From the NCBI GenBank assembly GCA_977016875.1, contig CDRNST010000273.1, positions 3,038,001 through 3,102,000 of the forward strand: DNA of 64,000 bases, read 5' to 3'. This document shows, piece by piece, positions 1 through 12,741 of the stretch. Both the position numbers and the translations under genes were made by a program. The notes beneath the pieces are model-generated. The model saw only the letters and a program-made list of their open reading frames with translations. It was not told the DNA's origin and made no database searches. How positions within the stretch are numbered: the first letter of the stretch is position 1; the number at the start of each line of letters is the position of its first letter. The DNA is from Pavona decussata (lineage: Eukaryota).

Positions 1-730
1 AAAGAAATAATGTAAGAATTATATTTTTCAGCTTCTGGCCACATAAATTTCAGAATTTTCGAAGTAGACTTGCCAGGATATAAGTGAGCACAGAAACCTG
101 GTCCTAGAGTTCCTCACAGCAAGAAACCCGAAGGTGGCAACAGACCAGTGAAGAATGACAATGAAGGTATGAAAATTAACTGTAATTTCTATGGTTACAA
201 ACATGAAAGAAACAGAGAGAAATGTCCTGCATGGGGAAAAACATGTGACAAGTGCAAGGGTCGAAATCATTTTAAGTCCAAATGCAAGAACATACATGTA
301 GTGTTGCAGTCCCAAGATGGTAATGATGATTATAATGACGGGTGGCTCATGGCTGTAAGCCATAAGGAAGATAGTATTAATGCTACTTTAACCATGAATG
401 ACCATGACGTCAGATTTCAACTCTATAGTACAGCCGATGTCAACATCATTTGTCAGAAACATGCAAGGAAACACCAGGTGTCTCCAACAACAGTACGTCT
501 GAATATGTGGAACAAAACTAACCTGAAGCCTCTGGGGGAAGCAGTACTAAGGGTTGCGAACCCCCATACTAGTGTAGAGTCCGAAGTAAAGTTTATTGTG
601 GTGCCAAACGGTTTTACTAACCTGCTAGCCCTCAAGACCATTCAGGAACTTGGTTTCATAACCATAAATGAGGAATGCCTCATTTCTCAGATCAATGCCC
701 CTCAACTTGGTGATCTAGGAGAAGCCACTC
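1..730 (+). mobile_element. Ty3/Gypsy LTR retrotransposon gag-protease remnant (truncated)
   Basis: ORF 148..951 has a gag CCHC knuckle (CPAWGKTCDKCKGRNHFKSKC) and a degenerate aspartic protease motif (VRFQLYSTADVNII, cf. FQLDSGA). Homology ends near LGDLGEATL. No RT or integrase follows. Confidence 0.85.
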
Positions 731-988
731 TGTTTAGTCTAGAATTTAATGAACAAACTTGGATGTCATTTTCTTTTGTCTTATTTTGTTGGACAATTCG
801 TGTTTTGTTACATAAGGTCATCGACACTTGGTCACATGATTACAGTGAGTTTGCCTTTTCGCAGGCACGCACAGATCATAGCGTATCTTGTTTTTTAAAG
901 TGTTTTTTCTGTCCGATATCCAGCACAGAATGTAAGATGTGGCTTAACTAGGGAATACCCCGCAACTCCAAAAGTAATCCTGAAAAGT

Positions 989-1180
989 GTGGCTACGTGG
1001 CTACGTAGATCATATACAAAGTGGTCAATTTTCAAAAGAGTGGCTACGTGGCTACGCAGATACAAAGTGGTCAATTTAATAGTGGCTAGTGGCTACGCAG
1101 ATACAAAGTGGTCAATTTAATAGTGGCTACGTAGCTACGCAGATACAAAGTGGTCAATTTTCAAAAATGGCTACATGGTA
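989..1180 (+). repeat. Tandem array of ~40-50 bp units (GTGGCTACGTGGCTACGCAGATACAAAGTGGTCAATTT), ~4.5 copies
   Basis: Units visible directly at ~989, 1040, 1082, 1122 and 1168. Confidence 0.9.
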
Positions 1181-1674
1181 ACCGTGGTAAAAGTCAAAAA
1201 CTACAGGTACATGTACATGTATGACTATGCCTCGTTCTTTTGCGTGAGACCACACGATTACGGTTATTTCACGAAAATTACGAACCATCGTTTGAAAACG
1301 CTCGGGAAGGGAGGCCAACTAAAATGGAGTTTGAATTATGTCCAGTCAACTATATCACGATGAAGCGGCGGTTAAAGCACCTGACATTTTGCTGACAACT
1401 TGTAAAGCACAATAAAACTTCGACAGCATAAACACAATTTCAGTTTGTAATATTCAGCCTTTATTAACAAAACAGCAAATGACTTCAAACCCTCATGCTG
1501 GCCTTCAATTTTGTAAGACAGTCAAAGTCATTTCAAAGCCACTGGTGTAAGTTATTAACTGTGGGGAGCCTCGGGGGAATAGCATGGAGTAAGACGTGCC
1601 GTGCTGAGCTCCGCAAAAGTTTTGATTTTAACTCAAACTGTCTAAAATTTTGTTGCCTTTGATTACTATGCTTC

Positions 1675-2490
1675 ATGTCAGGAAGTCGTCTTCGATCTGG
1701 AAAAATCTTAGCGCCTGAAGGAAGCAGTAAGCAGCAAAACCTCTCGGAGAAGAAAGCTGTAAACATTAGCGAGTCGAACATGGCCAGTGCCAAAGTACTC
1801 GAAGAACTGAAATCGATGAGACTTGACCTCACAGGTCAAATAACCAAACTTAGTGATGATTTAAAGGACTTCCAAAGAAACACAAACGAAAGGCTGCAAA
1901 AAATTGAAAGCGTCATGTTCAAAGTTGACGAAATAGATGGTTTGAAGACCAAGCAACAGCAACTAGAAGCCGATGTCGACAACATGAAGGAATCCTTGAA
2001 CTTTGTGAGCTTCAATGCCGAAGAGGTAGATAATCTTCGTAGAAGAAATGACGATCTTAAAAAAAGGTTGGAACATCTAGAACGGTATTCTAGAGAATTT
2101 AATATTCGAGTGCTTGGTGTTAACGAGGATGAAGGCGAAGACTGTATGTCGATAATTTTGGATTTCATCACCTCTCTTGGCTTCGAAGATGTAGCAGCCG
2201 AGGTAGAGAACGCCCACCGCACCGGGAAGAAACGAGACGATAAGCCAAGGCCTATTATCGCGAAGCTTTACAGCAGGCCTTTTAAAAGAAAATTATTACA
2301 AGCAGCAAAGAGTGCAGATGGAAAGGAAATACTACAAGGGGTAAGAATTGTAGAAGACTTTACACCTAGTGACTTTGATGCCCGCAAGAAAGCATTGCCA
2401 ACTATGAGAAAGGCGTATGAAGATGGTAAAAAGGTGCGTTTCACTAAGGGAAAACTTTATATTGACGGAAGAGAGGTTCCTGTCGCTTAG
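1675..2490 (+). CDS. LINE ORF1 protein (coiled coil + RRM/CTD, L1 ORF1p-like)
   Basis: Intact 271 aa ORF with heptad coiled coil followed by LERYSREFNIRVLGV, AHRTG, PRPIIAKL and KLYIDG, typical of L1-type ORF1. Confidence 0.92.
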   Translation: MSGSRLRSGKILAPEGSSKQQNLSEKKAVNISESNMASAKVLEELKSMRLDLTGQITKLSDDLKDFQRNTNERLQKIESVMFKVDEIDGLKTKQQQLEADVDNMKESLNFVSFNAEEVDNLRRRNDDLKKRLEHLERYSREFNIRVLGVNEDEGEDCMSIILDFITSLGFEDVAAEVENAHRTGKKRDDKPRPIIAKLYSRPFKRKLLQAAKSADGKEILQGVRIVEDFTPSDFDARKKALPTMRKAYEDGKKVRFTKGKLYIDGREVPVA

Positions 2491-2872
2491 TTTGGTTTCC
2501 GCTTTGCTAACTTTGTATTTTGTATTTTGTAAAATGGCAGTGTGATGAGACCTTTTTTATTCCACATTTGCGAGCACAGCGCAAAAATCATCTGCGCGAT
2601 GTCTTCATGTCCGCTGGGATTACTTGTGCAGTGTCGCACAAGAGCGAATTTTGAGCAATACTTCTTCCAAATCAGTTTGCTTATGTACGCTTTATTTTTA
2701 TTAGCAATTCTTTACAAGTCATATATTTTGTTTTCCTCAAACGTTTCTTGTGTTAGTATTAATTATTTACATCGTTCGATTATTTTAATTGTGTGGCTAT
2801 CAGTAATTAACCGGTATATAAAGATCCATCTTCTACTAAATTTAGACTATTTCACATGTCTTATCATCACAA

Positions 2873-5800
2873 ATGGTGAGAGGTAAATTCATTTCTTTAA
2901 ATACGAGAGGCATAGGCAACTATCGTAAACGACGAACTATATTTACTTGGCTCAGAAAACAAAAACCCGATGTTGTTTTCCTTCAAGAAACACATTCTAC
3001 CCAAGGGAATGAAGTTTCTTGGCAAAGAGAATGGGGTGCGACGCTGATCTGCTCTCATGGGGCTAATAATGCAAGAGGTGTCGCAATTTTAATCAGGAAT
3101 AATTTTGATTGTGTCATTAAGGAATCGGTTATTGATGCAAATGGTAGATTTATAATATTAAAAGTACTCCTGAGCGGAGAACCCGCTCTTTTAGTTAATA
3201 TATACGGCCCTAATCGAGACAAGGAATTGGTTGCCTTTTACCACACAGTCCTGCAAACCATTGTAAATAAAAACCTTGATGATATCGAGAACATTATCAT
3301 GGGAGGAGATTTTAATTGTCCTTTAAATCCAGTTATTGACAAAAGAGGTGGCAATCAAATCCCAAGGAAATCTGTGATTAACACAATTGAGCTGCTACAG
3401 TCCGAGCTGGATTTGCATGACATTTGGCGAGTAAAGAATCCAACAAAATGAAGCTATACCTGGAGTCAATCAAATCCTTTAATATTTTCAAGGTTGGACT
3501 ATTGGCTTATTTCAAATTTTTTATCTGATAATATTTGCCATGTTGATATGATTTCAGCCATAAAAACTGATCACTCCGCAATAGTGATAGAATTGCAGGA
3601 TGTTGAAGATCGGGTAAAAGGTCCTGGATTTTGGAAATTAAATTGCTCCCTTCTGAATGATAAAGAATACGTTAATGAATTAAATCTTCTCTTACCAACT
3701 TGGTTACGGCAAGGAAATCGAGAGTTAAGTGATCCGCGGTCTGTATGGGACTGGGTTAAATATAATGTTAAGAAATACTCTAGATTGTATTCGATGAACA
3801 AATGTAAACAACGACATTTAGAGGAACAACATTTAAACAGACAATTTCAAGAGGCTACAGCAGCATATCAAAACTGCCCCAGTCAAGAAAACTTATCAGT
3901 TTTAAATGTCTTGAAAGAAAAAATGGAACATCTGTATGAAAAAAAGGTGGAAGGTATAATAATCAGATCGCGCGCACGATGGCATGAACATGGGGAAAAG
4001 AATTCAAAATACTTTTTAAATTTAGAAAAACGAAATCACGTTAGGAAGCATATTCGGAAGCTTCGCCTGAGTGGAGTCATCTCAACAGACCCTTTCGAGA
4101 TATTAGATGCGGAGCGCGCTTTTTATGAAAATCTTTATAAATCTAGACGAGATGGTTCCGAAGGAAATAAGCCTAATTTTCACCTTGAAGACTTACCTAT
4201 ACCAACACTCTCTAATGATTCTTCTTATCTTGGTGAAGGATTAATAAGCAAAGAGGAATGTAAAAAAGTTTTAGATTCCCTTCCGTTAAACAAGGTACCC
4301 GGAAATGATGGTCTACCAGTAGAATTTTATAAGACCTTTTGGGATCTTGTAGGCGATCCCTCAGTTGAAAGTTTTAATGAATCTTTTGTTAAAGGAACAA
4401 TGAGCCCGTCACAAAGACAGGCGATTATTACACTTATCGAGAAAAAAGACCAAGATCGCTGTGATCTAAAAAACTGGAGGCCAATTTCCCTATTGAACGT
4501 TGATGCGAAGATAGCTTCAAAAGTTATCGCTGAAAGAATGAAGCGTCTTTTACCTGGGTTAATTCATAATAATCAATCAGGATATATCCCAGGCAGAAAT
4601 ATTAGCGAAAATATACGTTCAATTTTGGATATAATGGAATATACGAAAGTTAAGAAACTACCCGGTCTTTTATTATTTATTGACTTCGAAAAAGCTTTTG
4701 ACAGTCTAGAATGGGATTTTCTTGAAAAATGCTTAGAAAAATTCAATTTTGGACCAGATTTTAGAAGATGGGTGAAAATTTTCTACAACGATGTTCAAAG
4801 TTGCGTTATAAACAACGGCCTATGCTCTCGCTATTTCAATATAGCACGTGGAGTGAGGCAGGGGGACCCCCTTTCTCCCTACCTTTTTGTCACCGCAGTT
4901 GAAATACTGGCGATTGCTATAAGGAATCAAGAAAATATTAAAGGATTAACTATAGACGGTTTAGAAACTAAATTACTGCAATTTGCCGATGACACAACTG
5001 CTGTCCTATCAGACTTGGATTCAGCCCGAGCCCTGTTTGGATTACTTGAACGTTTTGAGAAAGCCTCTGGACTTAAACTTAATGTAGCTAAAACAGAAGC
5101 AATGTGGATTGGGTCACTTCAAAATTGTGAGAATGAACCACTAGGGGTTAAGTGGAAAACATGTGTCAAATTTTTAGGAATATATATTACATATGATGTA
5201 CAAATATTAGTAGAGAAAAATTTTAAGCAGAGGTTGAAAAAAATTAAGAACACAATAAATCTATGGAAGTCAAGAGGATTATCAATTCACGGCAAAGTAA
5301 ATATTATTAAAACACTTTTATTCCCAACAATGATCTATCCTAGTTCGGTATTATGTACTCCTTTCGAAGTCATAAAAGAATTCAACAGTTTGGTTTTTCG
5401 ATTTTTGTGGAACGGTAACGACAAGGTTATTAGACTCTCAACTTATGCACCTTATGACCAAGGTGGCCTCAAAATGCTAGATTATGAAAGTATGGTTAAA
5501 GCTTTAAGGCTAAGCTGGTTAAAACGAATAGTTGACCCAGATTACTCTGGATTTTGGAAGTCATATCTTGATCATCTTTTGGTATACGAAGGGGGGTTAT
5601 TTTTAATTCAGTGCAACTATGATATCAACCGATTAACAATCTCAGCGACCTTTTATCGAGAACTTTTGGAGTGGTGGTCTAAATTAAGAGAAGTCGAGGA
5701 CCCCGAAAATACATATAAGTATATTTTATGGAACAACAGAGATATAAAGATTGACGGCAAGAGTGTCTTTTATAAACATTTTTTTGATAACAATATCATA

Positions 5801-6580
5801 TATACAAATCATCTGCTTTATGATATGACAAATATTGAATCTTTCAATGTTGTCAAAGTTACTGGATTAAAGAACTCTAACTTTTTAGTATGGACCGGTC
5901 TAAGGCAATCAGTTCCATTGAGACTGCGCTTTCACATGCCCGACGTAGAAAATATCTTTGATTTAGAAAATTTTAAGTGCCGTGACTATTATCACTATCT
6001 TATAAAGCAAAAATACGAAAAACCAAATAAATGGGCTAAGTTGAGAGTGGAATTCGATCTAGAGGATAAGCAACTTTCGGAGGCATTTGTGATGCCACTG
6101 AGAGCCGCAAATGAACCTTATCTACGTTCCTTTCAATATAAAGTATTAAATTCAATTCTATACACAAATGAATTACTTTGTAAGATAGGCTATGCTTCTA
6201 ACCCCAACTGCTCCTTCTGTCATCACACTATAGAGACGATATCTCATATTTTCTTTGATTGTTCTTTCTCGACCTCCTTTTGGAATGAAGTTTGTGACAA
6301 AATTTTAAATAAACTAAACAGTTGCGTAGGCCTCTCTTTAAAATATTGTGAGATTATTTTAGGGTTCTTAGAGGAGGAGATGGATCTGCGAAACTATATA
6401 CTTATTTTAGGAAAAACGTATCTGTGGACTTGCCGGTGTAAAGAAACGAAACCATCTTTTAGCCACTTTAAGAGAATTTTATTAAATAAATATCAAACTG
6501 AAAGGCACATTTCTCTTAAATCGAATAAGACCAATTCGTTTAGGAAAAAATGGAGAATGTTTGAGGAAACGATTCTTTAA
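2873..6580 (+). pseudogene. LINE ORF2 (APE endonuclease + reverse transcriptase + C-terminal Cys domain) with one in-frame stop
   Basis: APE motifs (SLNTRG, FLQETH, MGGDFN, SRLDY, TDHSA). RT motifs (WRPISLLN, DFEKAFD, GVRQGDPLSP, QFADD). C-terminal CSFC...HIFFDC. ORFs 2873..3451 and 3494..6580 share a frame and are separated only by TGA at 3449-3451. Confidence 0.95.
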
Positions 6581-6794
6581 AGATCAAGTCCACAGTTATG
6601 TTAAATTACGTACTATATGTAAACTGTAACTGTGTAACTGTGGAAATAACAGGAAAAATGAAATGTAAGAAGTTGCCTGGCACTAATTTCGGTGTTGTAA
6701 AACTATTATTAACTATTGTTAGTTGTTGTTACTATTAACTATTGTATATTTGTATTGTATGTATGGCAATGAAATGGATTGTATTGTCAATAAA

Positions 6795-6836
<42 letters not shown>

Positions 6837-6851
6837 ATTAACTGTGACAAC

Positions 6852-7073
6852 GGTATCCGGTCGCTTCGCTACACGGTCGTTTTGCTACACTGTTTAGTAT
6901 GAAATTGTGATTATTTCTTATTCTTAAAGCCAGTTCGGGTAAAAAATTATTTTAGCTCTTTCTCGTTTTAACAGTGTTTGCATGAGAAGCAAATTGAGTT
7001 TACATATTAGAGAATATGTCAATTTTTAAATGTAGCGAATCGACTGAACTGCAGTGCAGCGAAACGACCGGTA
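6852..7073. mobile_element. Small non-autonomous TIR element (MITE)
   Basis: Imperfect inverted ends CCGGTCGCTTCGCTACAC ... GTGCAGCGAAACGACCGG. No clear TSD. Confidence 0.55.
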
Positions 7074-7226
7074 AGGGCTACGTCAACACTAACACAAGCA
7101 TCATTCTCTTGTTCTCACGGTTTCCACTCTGCACACTTTTCATACACTGGTGTAGTGTGCAACTGGACTTTTCATCTCTTATTCAAATTTCTGTTGACAG
7201 TTATGCATGAATGTCCCTTAAACTAT

Positions 7227-8155
7227 TTAAAATTTATAAATCTTCTTCACATCGTCCAGGAAAACCTTCCACAGATCCTCGTCGCGGTGCACGTACCTCC
7301 ACTTGAATTCTGCTAAATAAGAATAATGTTCCTTTTTCCGACCATGCGTTGTCAGTTTGGCTTTCACTTGCCGCCAGTGGCCTTCGATCTTGTTCGTGTT
7401 AAAGCCTTCCTCGTTGACAAATTCAAGCGAATGATTAACTGTCTTGTGAAGATACCCATCCTTCTGAAGGCTTACGTATGCCTTCCAGCCGTCCGACACA
7501 ATGGTTGTACCTGGCGCGATCCACTCCTTTATCAACGTTAATAGTGTCTTCACTTCGATCCTCAACTGTTACGATGAAGGATTTGCATGAATCTCCCTTG
7601 ATACCCCCGAAAACCCACTGGTCCTCCACCACATGCCCTCTGTGGTACTTTCTTTCTTGCTTTCGTCTATTTGGACTAGTTTTCCAGGACCGCCAATTTT
7701 CTCCCGCCTTTGGAAGAGTGAGACTTCACAAACCTCTCTGCAGAACATGTCCCAGTCCACCGCTGCATTTGTTCCAAGACCCAGTTGTTTCCTTATTTTG
7801 CCACTGATCGAGATCCTGGCACCACCAGTTCCCTCTCTGATACTTCTCTCACACCGGTGCCGTTTGCATTTATCTGTTTCCTGCATTCCCAGACATAACC
7901 ATCCGATTGATTGCCACGTGCTACCCATTTCATATCTGATCTGCAAATACCACAGATTCTGCTCAATGCAATGAGGCCCTCTTCTTTTAGCCAAGACAAC
8001 GTATAATCTTTCTCCCATAGATAGCTCAGGAGAAGGTCATCGTATCCAGTAAACCGCCCTTCAGCGTAGCTACGCAGGATGCCTTGTTCCTTGAGATCTG
8101 CAGTTGAGCAGCCAACCTGCACTCCATTTACACGCTGTCGTTTCACTGTATACAT
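7227..8155 (-). pseudogene. Merlin / IS1595 (ISXO2-like) DDE transposase, frameshifted
   Basis: Motifs spread over overlapping frames: N-terminal zinc ribbon (CGIC...WEC), KIGGPGKLVQIDESK, WVFGGI, IAPGTTIVSDGWKAY, HKTVNHS, NTNKIEGHW, YLAEFKWR. Confidence 0.92.
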
Positions 8156-8877
8156 CTTTCCCTTAACGTCTTATTTCATATCTGTACCTCGCAAGGACAA
8201 ATCTTGACTAAAGTAAAGTTTAATGTTACATGTGAAATGTCCATTCAACTAGCAAACATCGGTTTCTTTTGTCTTAGGTAATTACAAAGCAATGTCTTTT
8301 GTAACAGTGCTTAAGTGACAAATTTCACAACCTGCACATCAAAGATAAAAAAAATGAGGCCTAAAAGTGAATTGGCCCTCCAACATTTACTTATACACCA
8401 CCTTAAGGGGATGTGAGGACTCTTGTGAATTAACTGTTGTGAATGTTATACCAATCTACAGAAAAAGGCAGTGTTATTATTTATTTCACGTATTTTGTAC
8501 ACAACCATAGCCTATATTGTTTCATTGATCAGTTTATTAATTATACTAGAACAATAGAGTTTGTCCCTCACTCGTTGTTTATTCAATTCACTCGAGCGCA
8601 GCTCAGTTTTTTGTGATCTCCCAGCACCTGGGCCTTGCTTGAGAAGCGAATGATTTTTTCACCTGATCCCTTCTAAATTCTTTTTGCATGCACCAGTATG
8701 GGATTTTAGTCTACGCATATGCAACGTCTTGACCACCTTACTTCTATGAGTTTTTATTTTAGCACCAAATTTCACAAGTCCCCCGAATTTATTTGAAAGA
8801 CAGTAGGCTAAGTATCACTTTTAAAAACTCAATCAACTACAAAACAAAAAGATTAAAAACCGTGCCGCTTTCATTTA

Positions 8878-10735
8878 TGCAACGCAAGCAAGATTCACAC
8901 TATTCATTTCAACCACGTTCACGACTCGCAAAGCTTCGGAAACAACCAGACAGCACTTGGGCTCTCCTGCAAAGGCGATTTATTTCACTTCCTGATCCAT
9001 TCCAGCAACTTTTCCCGGAAGATGTTTGGAATTTCATCCGCAATAAGTCGCATTCCTTGAGCACCAATCCCAGATACGTATCAACCAGTCTCATCGCTAC
9101 GACTGCCTTCATCGCAGGATTGGCAAGTATGCTGATCACTTCCACACTATCTTTGTTGGCCCACCAACAACCGGAAAATCACAAGCCATCAAAGAATGCG
9201 CACTCTCCCCAATGACAGCAGTGCTGAGCGAGATGGATTCCGCTTCACCAGTCATTCAAAAGCGCACATCGTCCGGACTAAAAAAAAAAGCTGACAACAA
9301 CAAGTGCTACCTACTGTCCGGAGAAATTTATGACGTCCTATACAAGCTGCTCAAGTCAGACGAAGAAAATGCCACAAGAGACGTGCAAGATCTCTGCCAG
9401 TTGTTTTCGGGAGAAGAAGCTTCCTACCGGTACATTACTGAAAGAGCACGCGAGATTTCTGTACACTGGGAGCGACACAAGTTCCGTTTGCAGCTCGTGT
9501 CTTGACTCTCTTGGACCAAGCACATGGTTTGATAGACCGATTTCTGATAACATTTCCAAAATGCCTAAGACCAACCCCACAGCAGAGATTGCCCACCTGC
9601 ATACTTCGCGATCTTCATACAAACTGTTCAAACAAGCCAATGAAGCAGTCGACACCCTCAACAAAGAGTTCATCATAGAAGTCAATGAAGCCATTACAGA
9701 AGGCCAAACACCGCCCAAAACAAAAAAGTTTGACATCATCCTGAGAGAAGCAGCTGCCCTTCACGTCATCAATCATGTCGCTTCCGAGCTCCTCCAGCAA
9801 AGGCAACCCACACAGCCACCAGAAGAAATTGAAAAGTCAACATTGCTCCGAGCAATTGACTACGTTGGTTGGGCAGAATCACAAAAAGACATCTTTGTTG
9901 AGGTTAGCACTCCATAGACATCGATCATAGAAGAGTTAATGAGACCACACATCGCATACGGAAGTGCAAGTAAGCTAGGTTAATAAATCTCTAAAGTTAA
10001 TTTTTATTCAAATGGGGAGTGTGAGAGTAGTAATTTTAAGCCGCACCTTCAGGGCCCAATATTCTTAAATCTCACGTGACTAGAAAATTGTTCCGCAATC
10101 GTAATAAATTTGTAAACCAAATTGCGGCCGGTAGGACCTGCAACGACAAGCAAAACTTGCCTCTCAAACTCTCGTACTATTAACCATAGAAAATGAGTCG
10201 GCTCGTTTAGAGTATACTCTGCCACATTTACAGTACCTAAACCCGAACTAAACAAGTAATCCAATTTATGTTAAACACCTGATCGATCAAGAATGTTTTA
10301 ATTGTTTTCACAGTTCCTGAATAAATTTGTATCACCAACGATGGACGAGGTGAAAGGCCAACCCACTTCAATGGCAATGAAGACCGCATGTCTTCTTTTT
10401 GGTGGACCGCTGTTGACCTACAAAGCCTTCAAGCAGTCAGGACCGCGCGGTCTACGGGAAATCGCGAGCACCAAGTTCAGCGATGCTATCCAAGCACTCG
10501 AACCACCTGGCCTTGGTAAGGTACGCACAGTGCGAGTTCGTTATGTTTCCAATCCTGTCACGGTCTTCATCAAGGAAGACCCAGAGAAAATTCAGTGGCC
10601 GTCGGATTTTTGCAGTCAAACTGAGTATGGATCGCGCTTTACTGCCAACAAGTGAACAAAAGTATAACCACTGCAATCAAGTGTGCACTGGTTGATGCTG
10701 ACTTCCTGCCGCAAGAAATGTTTCCCGATATTTAA
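8878..10735 (+). pseudogene. DUF3987/YfjI-like P-loop NTPase (putative helicase), two exons, frameshifted
   Basis: Walker A GPPTTGKS at 9158-9181, then TSSGL, Walker-B-like YLLSGEIYD and LCQLFSGE, as in DUF3987-type AAA+ proteins. Plausible intron 9903-10313 (GT...TTCACAG). Confidence 0.6.
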
Positions 10736-11583
10736 CAATCAAACATCCAGAACTTATAATGACAATGATGGTTTGACTATTTATCCCTTCACGTCGTGGA
10801 AAATTCGTTTTTCTATGAGTATCTCGTTGTTGTAAATATGTTTATACAAGTGGAAATTGAAGCTTACAAACGTCAATTTAACGCGTCGAATTATTGTGCG
10901 GACACAACATCGTGGAAAATTCTATGAAATCAGACAACGAATTAGAAAAAGGACCTGTTTTACTTGGATTCTGTGAGCCACGAATGCTTCAAGCTGTGCT
11001 TCGAGTGGAATGGATCCAACCAGTGGATTCGATCATGGTATATGGATTGTGGAAGAGACCAACTTGATCCAGGTTTGGAGATAAGTTTAGTTAATGCTGG
11101 AATCAACCTGCCAGTTTATGGTAGCCAAGATATTCCCCTGGATATTGGTATCACAGCCTCTACACTTCCTTTTACAGTTAACCTACCTCCAACACAAAGA
11201 GCATTTGAAGGATACTCACTTTGTAGGGACCTTATCCAAATACACAGATCGTTTTCACTGAAGTTGCCTGCCAACGAAAAATAAGTGAGAGACAAAGGCT
11301 TGCTTCTTCCTGGAATAAAGTTGCCAATTACATTGAGGCTGAGACGCAGCAACTGCACACTTGTCTTTACTCAAATTGCGACCCTGTATCAGTTGGTAAG
11401 ATGCTAGTTAGCTTGAATCATGCTTGGAAATTCTTTAAGGCCACGCATGCCAAGTACCTGCCGGGCATGCAGGAAAGGAAGCGCCTGTAACAAGTTGAGC
11501 AAAGGTTTAAGTCACTCCAAGAGTCAATGAATGATTTGATCGAAGAATGCGAAAAACAGATGAAGACAGACCAAGCCACCCCA

Positions 11584-12110
11584 TAGACTGCGAGCAGTCC
11601 TACATTTTTCCTCAGATCACGCGAGCAAAAGCGCCGGCAAAATTATGCAAATTACAAAAGTGAACGAGGAGGGATTGGAGAGAAGAGGAAAAAGGAGGAC
11701 TGCGGAGGTTCCTTTGTTCTTTGAAATCCCATTCCTGTGGGAAAAGATGTGTTTGCCATGCTGCCGACCGGGTTTGGCAAAAGTTTAATTTATCAGAGCT
11801 ATGCGTTTGCGAGGAACGTACTCAATGGTTGTCCTCCTATCATCCTTGTAATAATTCCTCTAAGGAGCATTGTGCAAGAGCAGTTAAAAAATAACGAGTT
11901 TGAGTTGAAAGCTGCAGAGCTAACTCTGCAAGACAATTTGTAAAAGGACGTCCCTGATGGAAATACTGGAGTACTCTACGCTTCCGCAGAAAATGTGTTA
12001 ACCCAAAAGTTCCTATCTGTCGTGCGAGATCCAAGCAGTGAATTCCAACGGTGGTTGAGGCTAATAGTCGTGGATGAGTTGCATACGGTGTTTACTTGGT
12101 GAGTATCATT
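11584..12110 (+). mobile_element. Academ(H) 5' terminus followed by RecQ helicase N-terminal fragment
   Basis: Begins TAGACTGCGAGCAGTC (Academ elements start with TAG). RecQ motif I GKDVFAMLPTGFGKSLIYQ at 11737 onward, and IVVDELH near 12063. Confidence 0.7.
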
Positions 12111-12139
12111 TCAGTACTATCACTACAGCATGCTTGTTC

Positions 12140-12741
12140 TTAATTTCTGGGATGCCATTTCCGAAGATGATGGTGGTCGCCTCATTCGTTGCTGGAAATT
12201 TTTTCTCATGTACCTGAAACATCAACAAGGTTCATCTACAAAGTATTCACTACAGGCTTTATATTTGATGTTCCAAGTCCATGCATTGTTAAGCCCTTAG
12301 GCCTCCCACCGCTTGGTTCGGAACAGAGGTGTAAGAACTAAGCCTGGAAGTTCCAATATTCCCTTGGATTTGCTCCTGGAATTCTATAACAAGATAATAA
12401 AGGAGGCTGTGAAAAAGCTTGGTCCAAGTGCGAGTCAGAAGTCATTAGACAGAATATGTCACTCACTGGGGATGACTACAGCAATGATGAAACTTTATGA
12501 CTCAAATCTGTCAGTTTTCTGGAGATCAGGAAAACACATTCAGAAATCCACAAGGAGTGACACTGAAAAACTTGTCCATGAATTAGTTAAAAACAAAGCA
12601 TTCACGCCCACACCAGGGAGGAAGTATACATTTTATGCAAAGATGAAGCCCAGTATCCTTTGTGGCATTGACTTGAGGAAAATGTCTTCCTGGATAAATG
12701 AACACAAGAAGCACATGATCCTATATAGACGTACACACTGA
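12140..12741 (+). pseudogene. AcademH transposase C-terminal fragment (DUF6589-like)
   Basis: FWDAISEDDGGRLIRCWKFFL...KYSLQAL...LLSP*ASHRLVRNR...NIPLDLLLEFYNKIIK, the pattern of AcademH/DUF6589 transposases. Confidence 0.75.

Larger units (their letters stand above)
1564..6833 (+). mobile_element. Full-length L1/Tx1-clade non-LTR retrotransposon
   Basis: TSD GTTATTAACTGTG at 1551-1563 and 6834-6846 (15 bp with the preceding AA). AATAAA near 6789 and a 32-nt poly(A) at 6802-6833. Two-ORF organisation. Confidence 0.97.

Noticed and set aside
6700-6746. Similarity between the LINE 3' UTR (TTATTAACT) and its target site as evidence of guided targeting
   Set aside because: A 9-bp AT-rich match in low-complexity sequence, away from the 3' end, is compatible with chance.
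10964-11358. Short ORFs on both strands (and most other ORFs under 120 aa in the track)
   Set aside because: No recognisable motifs. Most are antisense or off-frame shadows of TE genes or random AT-rich ORFs.
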